Source of the DNA: an uncultured delta proteobacterium
Lineage (GTDB): Bacteria; Desulfobacterota; Syntrophia; Syntrophales; UBA2185
Direction: 5' to 3'
Length of the DNA: 64,000 nt
Assembly: GCA_963695875.1 (NCBI GenBank)
Contig: CAVOID010000010.1
Location: forward strand, 149,861-213,860
The notes below the pieces were generated by a model. The model worked only from the letters and a program-made list of their open reading frames with translations. It had not been told where the DNA came from and ran no database searches. Positions 57,115 through 64,000 of the stretch are shown piece by piece. Each line of letters begins with the position of its first letter. The first letter of the stretch is position 1. The position numbers and the translations under genes are program-made.

Positions 57115-58733
57115 ATGGCTACACCTGAATTCAAGTACCAGGATCCGTTCCCACTCGGCCCCGACAGCACCAAGTACCGCCTCCTCACCAAGGAAGGCGT
57201 ATCGGTCGCTACCTTCGAGGGGAAGGAAATATTAAAAGTCAACCCGGCTGCCCTCACCAACCTCGCCAACCAGGCCATGCGGGATGTTTCGTTCCTGCTG
57301 CGCCCCGAGCATAACGAGCAGGTCGCCAAGATCCTCACCGACCCGGAGGCTTCCATGAACGACAAGGGGGTTGCCATCGCCATGCTGCGCAACGCCGAAG
57401 TTTCCGCCAAGTTCGAGCTTCCCCTCTGCCAGGACACCGGCACCGCCACCATCGTCGGCAAGAAAGGGCAGCAGGTCTGGACCGGCGTGAAGGACGAGGA
57501 GTACCTCTCCAAAGGGGTCTACAAGACCTACACCGAGGAGAACCTGCGCTATTCCCAGACCGTGGCGCTGGACATGTACGAGGAGATCAACACCGGCACC
57601 AACCTGCCGGCCCAGATCGACATCTACGCCACCGACGGGATGGAGTACAAGTTCCTCTTCGTCACCAAAGGCGGCGGCTCCGCCAACAAGACCATGCTCT
57701 ATCAGGAGACCAAGGCGCTGCTTACCCCGGACAATCTGTTCAAGTACCTGGTCGACAAGATGAAGTCCCTCGGCACCGCCGCCTGCCCGCCCTACCACAT
57801 CGCCTTCGTCATCGGCGGCACCACCGCCGAAGGATGCCTGAAGACCGTCAAGCTGGCCTCAACCAAGTACTATGACGACCTGCCCACCAAAGGGAACGAG
57901 CACGGCCAGGCCTTCCGCGATGTCGAGCTGGAGAAGAAACTCCTTGAAGCAGCCCAGAAGCTCGGCATCGGCGCCCAGTTCGGCGGCAAGTACTTCGCCC
58001 ACGACGTCCGCGTCATCCGCCTGCCGCGCCACGGCGCCTCCTGCCCGGTCGGGATGGGGGTTTCCTGCTCGGCCGACCGCAACATCAAGGCAAAGATCAA
58101 CAAGGACGGTCTCTGGATCGAGGAACTGGACCGCAATCCGGGTCGTCTGATTCCCGAGCATACCGCCGCAAGCACGAAGATGGCGTGAAGATCGACCTCA
58201 ACCGGCCGATGAAGGAGATCCTGGCCGAACTGACCAAGCACCCGGTCTCCACACTGCTCATGCTGACCGGCACCATCGTCGTCGGCCGCGACATCGCCCA
58301 CGCCAAGTTCAAGGAGATCATCGACGCCGGCAAGCCGGTCCCCGAATATCTCCTCAAACACCCGATCTACTATGCCGGCCCGGCCAAGCCGCCGAAGGGC
58401 AAGCCTTCCGGCTCCTTCGGCCCGACCACGGCCGGCCGCATGGACTCCTACGTCGATCTGCTCCAGTCCAAGGGCGCCTCACTGATCATGATCGCCAAGG
58501 GAAACCGGAGCCAGCAGGTGACGGACGCCTGCAAGAAGTACGGCGGCTTCTACCTCGGTTCCATCGGCGGCCCGGCCGCACTTCTGGCTGAGGAGAACAT
58601 CAAGAAGGTCGAATGCATCGACTTCCCCGAACTCGGTATGGAGGCGGTCTGGAAGATTGAGGTCGTAGACTTCCCGGCGTTTATCCTGGTGGATGACAAG
58701 GGAAATGATTTCTATAAACAGTTAGGTTGTTAA
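57115..58733 (+). CDS. Class I (Fe-S) fumarate hydratase, single-chain type, one frameshift near 58160; GC-rich
   Basis: CQDTG, GGGSANK, ACPPYH, RHGASCP, RDIAH, YYAGP, GPTT..RM. Confidence 0.95.
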
Positions 58734-58744
58734 TATAAAAAACG

Positions 58745-58783
58745 AAATCCCCCGGTTGCTGAAGCGGCCGGGGGATTTTTTTT
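58745..58783 (+). terminator. Intrinsic terminator of fumarase
   Basis: AAATCCCCCGG..CCGGGGGATTT plus T-run. Confidence 0.8.
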
Positions 58784-58820
58784 GATTTTAATTTTGCTGT
58801 CTAACTTATTGAAATTTATA

Positions 58821-58850
58821 TGGCGGAAGTGCATGGGAATCGAACCCACC
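58821..58850 (-). tRNA. selC: 3' end of tRNA-Sec duplicated as an attachment site
   Basis: Minus strand GGTGGGTTCGATTCCCATGCACTTCCGCCA: T-arm, 8-nt acceptor strand, G discriminator, CCA; no 5' half. Confidence 0.85.
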
Positions 58851-58994
58851 TGCTATTTATAAATAATCTATAATATCTGATACTTATATTGGTGTTTTGT
58901 CTTTAGGTTAAAGAATAGTTAAAGAAACGAGGTTCATAAAACACAGATGCAAACTTTATTGGTTGAAAAATCAAATCCTTATTTCTCTGCAATT

Positions 58995-59936
58995 TCATTT
59001 TTTTGCACTCCACGCAGTCCACACATCGCTTGACTTAGGGCTTTTAGGTGGAGAAAACTTTACGTACTTCTTTAATACCAGCAACATAGCCTTGTAAATA
59101 TCATCACTTGCTTTCTTATACTGCTTATCGAAGTTATTAATTTCAGTGTTATTCGGCACCATCCAATAAAAATATAGATGTTTTTGGTCTCCTCGTCTCT
59201 TTCTTATTCTAGAGAAAAAGTGATCATTTTCTGATCTGCAGACAGTATTCCAAAAGTTTTTATCTTCAGATTCCATAATTATACGGCATATCCCCGGTTC
59301 TAATTTAGGCTTCTCAACATCGGTGTCTAGATAGGCATTTATATAAGCCTTTCCATGTAGAAGATTTTTGTTAATTCCATAATATTCGCTTCTTTCAACA
59401 TAATCAAAACTTCCATATGCGATTGAAGCTTTAAGCATTATGCCTTTATCAATCATTTGTTTTGCGATCTCTTCAATAACATAAAGCATCTTGCGAAGAG
59501 CGCTTTACTTCACATCTTGATCTTCGCTATAAACAAGACGTGAAAATAATATTCCACAGTCCGAAACGAATAAACCATCGACTCTGTTTTCACCTTCTTG
59601 GTTCTCTTTCAAGCGTAATAAATCGTATCCAATTTGGTAAACTACCACCGACCTTGTCGGTGGCCTTGAAAATGCGGCAAGTCTACGGACAATGTCCTTC
59701 GCCTTGTCTGATAAGGGTTGAAACGACTACTCTAAAATATTGTTCACCAACATTGTTGGTTCACTTAAGGTGTGGGGCCTCCGCCCCCACGCCCCACCAC
59801 TGACAATGTCAGTGGTTTTGAGAGATAAATAAAAGTCATCTAAAGCCTGATATGCTTTATCGCGGTTCATCTTCTTAAAGCCTGAGATATCAACAAACGC
59901 AACGAAGGTAGTCCCATTATAATCAGTTAATGGCAT
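58995..59936 (-). pseudogene. Class III nucleotidyl-cyclase-like protein (about 249 aa restored), disrupted by a 192-bp insertion and an in-frame TAA at 59505-59507
   Basis: FVAFVDISGF, FVSDCGI, ASIAYG and G.A.I.AY motifs join in one frame once 59637-59828 is removed. Confidence 0.65.
59637..59828 (-). mobile_element. Non-autonomous IS200/IS605-type mini-element (PATE-like)
   Basis: Subterminal hairpins ACCACTGAC-ATT-GTCAGTGGT and CCACCGAC-AAG-GTCGGTGG; ends in GTAGTTTAC; inserted after TTTAT. Confidence 0.7.
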
Positions 59937-60006
59937 GCCTATTCTCCAAATACTTTAAAAAAAGACGTTGCCGAGTTTGGGAAAAAGGAGATATTAAATA
60001 AATAAA

Positions 60007-60531
60007 TCAGCGATGGAAATATAATGCAAGCTTTAATGACATTTTATTTCTGATTTCCGGTTTAATTTGTAGTATTTTCTTCTTTAATAGAAAATCGTAA
60101 GAATTCTTCCTGACGCTGAAACATTTAGAAAAATCAGCAACTCCACCTGTCTTATATTGGAGTTTGTCGTTAGGCTCTAGATAAAAGTATTTCAAATAAC
60201 TTCTATCACTGATTGGATCTATTAAATTTGTCCTTTTTAGTTCTTCTATTTTGTCAGCGGAAGTTGCAGAATTTATGTCTCTAATCGGACTTAATATTAT
60301 ACTTGTAAGCTTTGTCTTGTTTTCTAAAGAGATTTCACATGAATGTGATAATACCATGGCATCTGCATATTCTGGTGCTTTTGCTACGAGCCACCCTCTT
60401 TTATCATCGGAAGTAGCAGTTATATATTGTATTATACCAAAATGAATAGCACCAAGCAGATGAATATTTGATAGGATGTCGCCCTGCATTAAAGAATTCG
60501 GTTCGAACGTTTCATCCTCAATATAATACAT
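60007..60531 (-). CDS. Hypothetical protein, PemK/MazF-like fold suspected
   Basis: Pattern QGDI..AMVLSHSC..IILSPI..GVADF....V.K..helix parallels PemK-fold toxins; recognised by eye only. Confidence 0.45.
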   Translation of the reverse strand: MYYIEDETFEPNSLMQGDILSNIHLLGAIHFGIIQYITATSDDKRGWLVAKAPEYADAMVLSHSCEISLENKTKLTSIILSPIRDINSATSADKIEELKRTNLIDPISDRSYLKYFYLEPNDKLQYKTGGVADFSKCFSVRKNSYDFLLKKKILQIKPEIRNKMSLKLALYFHR

Positions 60532-60534
60532 CGT

Positions 60535-60897
60535 CTAATCATCCAATCCATCGTTAAAGGAGATTGATTCAGACAGGTCTACGATATTTTTTAGCGAATT
60601 CAATTCATTAGTGGTACTTATATGTGTACTATCCGGTTGTAAGTCCGCTATGTATACGGCATCAAAGGGATCGTCGATAATGGACTGTGACAGGAGGTTT
60701 AGATTCAAGAGGTAGTCAGCGATATATCCTTCGACTAAGTCCTTAAGCTTTTCTTCGAATTCTGGTTCAGACAGTAACTTAGATATTACATCTTCGGAGA
60801 AGAAACTGCGAGTCGAACCGTCAACCAATCTCATTCCGGGGAAAAGTTTTATTTCGCCTGTTGATGTTTGAGTTGATTTTGTTTGTGCAGGAATCAT
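60535..60897 (-). CDS. Hypothetical acidic 120-aa protein
   Basis: Clean ORF; ATGA overlap upstream, 3-nt gap downstream; Asp/Glu-rich C-terminus. Confidence 0.65.
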   Translation of the reverse strand: MIPAQTKSTQTSTGEIKLFPGMRLVDGSTRSFFSEDVISKLLSEPEFEEKLKDLVEGYIADYLLNLNLLSQSIIDDPFDAVYIADLQPDSTHISTTNELNSLKNIVDLSESISFNDGLDD

Positions 60898-61649
60898 TTT
60901 AAAAAATCCTCCAGATTCAATTCTTTTCCGAGAGAATAGTGTTTATTAACACTTTCATCTAGAATTAAATTTAGATCTTCAATCGGGTCCTTATTATCCT
61001 TACGCCTTTTATTGTTAATATCAATTTTTACCTCAATGCCTGATTCCGTTACGGGATATTTTGTTGCATCAATGGTGATGATCTTCTGCTCTTGCTGGGG
61101 TGTTGCGATGATCTGAATGTTCCTAATCTCATAACCTGAAATATTATAATTTATAAAAAGATTATTTTCCGTAAACCCAAAATGCAATCCAAAGGATGCT
61201 AGATCTCGCTCATTCCGTGGTATATTAATAAGACGATCGAATATGGGCTCCATGGCTTTAATAACGGGAATATCTTGTTTGATAGAAGGATAATGGATAT
61301 TTGAAATAGCTCCAATGGATTTGTATTTTAAGTCTTCGATTCGAAGCATTTCTGAAAATTGATTCAATTCTTGATTTGACAAATTTAACGCTGGACTCCA
61401 TAATTATGCATGATGTGTTGAAGTGGTGTCGTCCTAATTTCAAATCGATCCAGACTTATAGTAAGTAGCGTATCTGTGGTCTTGATTAATGCCCTTGGTG
61501 CGGGTGGAGGTGCAAAAGGAGGGGTGTTCAGTATGTTGAGTCTTCCGTTTAATATTTCTTGTAGTTCTTTCAGCTGCGGGCCGAAGTGAAAGAATTATCT
61601 GTTCATCAAGTTCGAACTCTATGACAATCTGAAACGAAATGACTTTCAT
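60894..61649 (-). CDS. Hypothetical protein of about 250 aa, TIGR04255-like, frameshifted
   Basis: Frames join as MKVISFQIVIEF..NTPPFAPPPAPRALI..LTISLDRFEI..SIGAISN..IDINN. Confidence 0.5.
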
Positions 61650-61882
61650 ATTTAGTGGATGGAATCTCCTTTTCCTTCCAGATGAAGTAACTCAGAAGAT
61701 GATCCAAGTAGCTATGACAGACTTTTTACCGTCATTGTAAGTGAGTAAATAAGAACCGATCCAATAGTATAATGTTTATATATGATTTTGGGTTTGTCAA
61801 GTCAATACTCTCAATTCATTACCAACAGAATAAGTTCAGATTAGGAATGCGGATATCACCATCCAAATCCGTCATAGAGTAA

Positions 61883-62197
61883 CTATTGATATACTTGACC
61901 ATCAGGTGTCGTGACCTTAATCTCCCCAAATTTAGCCTCATACTTACTTATGTTATCCATCATGGCAGATGCAATTCTTTTCATGTGAGCAGGACTAACC
62001 ATTATGCGCGCAATCATATGAATGCCATTGGGACTGTTTAGCATCCAATCTGTACAAAATTCCTCCGGAGTATGTGATATAAACACATTGTTACTATATC
62101 TACCCCTAGATATTTCATCACCAGTTATTACCTGAATCCCTTTAGCTTCTTGAATCCTGTCAGGGCCATATGTTTCTCCTTGCAAACTAGTTCTCAT
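61883..62197 (-). CDS. DUF3467-like protein
   Basis: YSN...I.H..EEF..D, ARI.VSP.HMK, NI.KYE.KFGEI. Confidence 0.75.
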   Translation of the reverse strand: MRTSLQGETYGPDRIQEAKGIQVITGDEISRGRYSNNVFISHTPEEFCTDWMLNSPNGIHMIARIMVSPAHMKRIASAMMDNISKYEAKFGEIKVTTPDGQVYQ

Positions 62198-62300
62198 GAA
62201 TAACGAGAATTTAATAACACTAATTGCATAAGAAATCTACTGTATTAATGAATTGAGTCAACCCGACACTTTCAGGAAGAAGTTCACACCTAAGCACAGA

Positions 62301-62480
62301 CTATGACCTAAACCCCAATAAGTTCATTACACCAAGTCCCTCCCTGCACTCAGGACATAGATCTTCTACTTCGACATTGCCAACATTTGATATGAATATA
62401 TCCCCCACTTTTCTTGCAGGACTGTAGTCCATACTCTCATCCTCATCGAATTCTTTGAAACATCTTTTACACAATTTCAA
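62301..62480 (-). CDS. Small putative Zn-binding protein (two CxxC)
   Basis: CKRC and CPEC; AAGGAGG RBS before TTG at 62480. Confidence 0.55.
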   Translation of the reverse strand: MKLCKRCFKEFDEDESMDYSPARKVGDIFISNVGNVEVEDLCPECREGLGVMNLLGFRS

Positions 62481-62616
62481 ACCTTGTCCCCTCCTTCCTT
62501 CACTCTCTTTGAGCCTTCCATTGTTGAAATAGTACTCAATATAGGAAGTGATATGAAATGACATGTTCCATTATATAATACTCTCTCCATTGATTCTATA
62601 TCATTCCCATAATCAT

Positions 62617-63501
62617 TTATTTAAAATTCAAAATATAATTATTTAATAACCTGTTTCTTGATTTAAAGACTGCCACTACCTCACCTCTATCAGGTAGAAT
62701 AAAACGTCTCAAGTATCCTCCCACTTCCAGTTCACGCATAGCTCTTCTCAATTTCCACCTTAAACAGAACATCTTCTCATCACAACTAATGTTGATAACC
62801 TGGGACAGCTTCAAAATGCTGATGGTATAGATTTCAAACGTTGACCCTCATAAAACCGATATAACGCCTTAGAAATATCACCCCGCAGTTTTGATCTCAA
62901 TTTAATATCTATGCGTGTTATAAACCGATCTCTGAAGGAAGAAAGTAAGTATGAGTTCAGTTCCAAAATCATTTTTCTGGATTCTTTACTTTTGGTAATA
63001 CCAGTTATGATAGAGCCATCCATTTCTGTCTGTGCACTGTGACTGTTACTTCTGGATACCCTTTTTTCGATAGTGATATGAGCTTCAGACATTCGATGAA
63101 GACTCTTCATGATTGCATTGTATGTATCCTTTGCTGGTTTAACATTCATGAGCTTGCAGAGTTCGTACAATGTTGTCTGAAAGGTGTTGCTGCTATATTT
63201 CTTCAACAGCATAAGCAGACTCAACAGGACTGTTTCATCATATATTGAGAGCTTTCTATTTCTGATTATTATTTTACCCCATGGATTCTCAGTGATGATA
63301 GGTTCAGTGATGGTGTCAATCTTCATCTGACGTTTGTTTACAGGAAAGAATGGACTCAGACGTGTCATGACGGTTGGTAGATATGATATATTTCGTTGTG
63401 AACTTCTCTTATGTTGGATTTTAACTTCGTTGGGATGGTACTTGCCAATGTTGGAATGAACGTCTTAAAATATCACCGACGTTTTCCAACCCTTTGTTCA
63501 T
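62617..63501 (-). CDS. TrfA/RepA-like plasmid replication initiator, frameshifted
   Basis: YLPTVMTRLSPFFP, WGKI, LSIYDE.V, SL.R, KALYRFY, then L.RA..EL...GYL in the next frame; GAGGTG RBS. Confidence 0.6.
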
Positions 63502-64000
63502 CACCCACCTCGTTCATGAATATATTTTGAACCTCGTATGGGTGCAGCTCCACCAGTTAAAATTGAAGATCAAGCGAAGTTTGTTTAAAGATTTTCTATT
63601 CAATTTGTCTCGAATACCTTATAACAAGCTGAAGTAAACAAATGCCGCGGCTCATAAGGGTTTTACCTATGATGGTGCTTTAGGGCCTTGCAGGAATCGA
63701 ATCCCACAATATCACTGTTCTGAAAGTTACGGGCAGCCTTCCACAAGAAGAAGAGGGGCGATAATTTCTATTAATGACGGGCATCGCAGAAAATCCGACG
63801 TGGGAAACGAGCAAGGATGAGCCTTCAGGGGGTTCATGCAAGAGAAATTAACTGATACGTGAATAAAGCTGTTGATAACTATGTTGATGATTATTGAAAA
63901 CCTTTACTCCTGATGATTTTGAGCTCTTTGCGCAAATTTTAAGCAGTAAAATTACTTAATTATTCCAACAATATGGAAATTAATGCCTGATATTAGTGTC

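Larger units (their letters stand above)
58851..64000. mobile_element. tRNA-Sec-integrated genomic island / integrated plasmid-like element, continuing beyond the window
   Basis: Begins at the selC 3' fragment; abrupt AT enrichment (18/60 GC in 60001-60060); hypothetical genes and a RepA-like gene. Confidence 0.75.

Noticed and set aside
58140..58200. Fumarase as a natural two-subunit enzyme (GTGA overlap at 58185-58188)
   Set aside because: The sequence is of the single-chain FumA/B type; adding one base near 58160 restores the linker [20 protein letters not shown].
56640..58850. Functional tRNA genes
   Set aside because: Only 3' portions are present; no D-arm or 5' acceptor strand.
59505..59507. 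Selenocysteine or pyrrolysine recoding of the in-frame stop
   Set aside because: The stop is TAA, not TGA or TAG; proximity to selC reflects only the integration site.

Overview
Chromosomal segment of an anaerobic Deltaproteobacterium. Gene content (AMP-forming Acs, ETF plus membrane FeS oxidoreductase, several acyl-CoA ligases, this porin type) suggests Syntrophales; that assignment is inference. Many genes carry single-base frameshifts that look like long-read assembly errors. Contents in order: (1) housekeeping genes (aminopeptidase P, gcvH, lipoate ligase, hisC, rpsU, LOG protein, holA, waaA, porCDAB, TMTC-like TPR protein, hflX, porin); (2) a BirA-regulated biotin operon with its own ACP, FabF, FabG, two complementary half-dehydratases and a nitroreductase, but no bioB/C/H/W; (3) an acs-etfBA-membrane FeS oxidoreductase-fadD block, a thiolase and folD; (4) a methylmalonyl-CoA-type cluster (sucCD, mce, carboxyltransferase subunits, sdhACDB, mdh); (5) a GC-rich class I fumarase between two tRNA-Sec 3' fragments; (6) from 58851, an AT-rich integrated element. 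That element encodes a TrfA/RepA-like protein and a coupled uncharacterised cassette (TIGR04255-like, acidic protein, PemK/MazF-like, nucleotidyl-cyclase-like), whose last gene is interrupted by a 192-bp IS200/IS605-type mini-element. Intergenic regions hold many MITE/REP-like elements, some nested. Family assignments come from motif recognition by eye; no searches were run.
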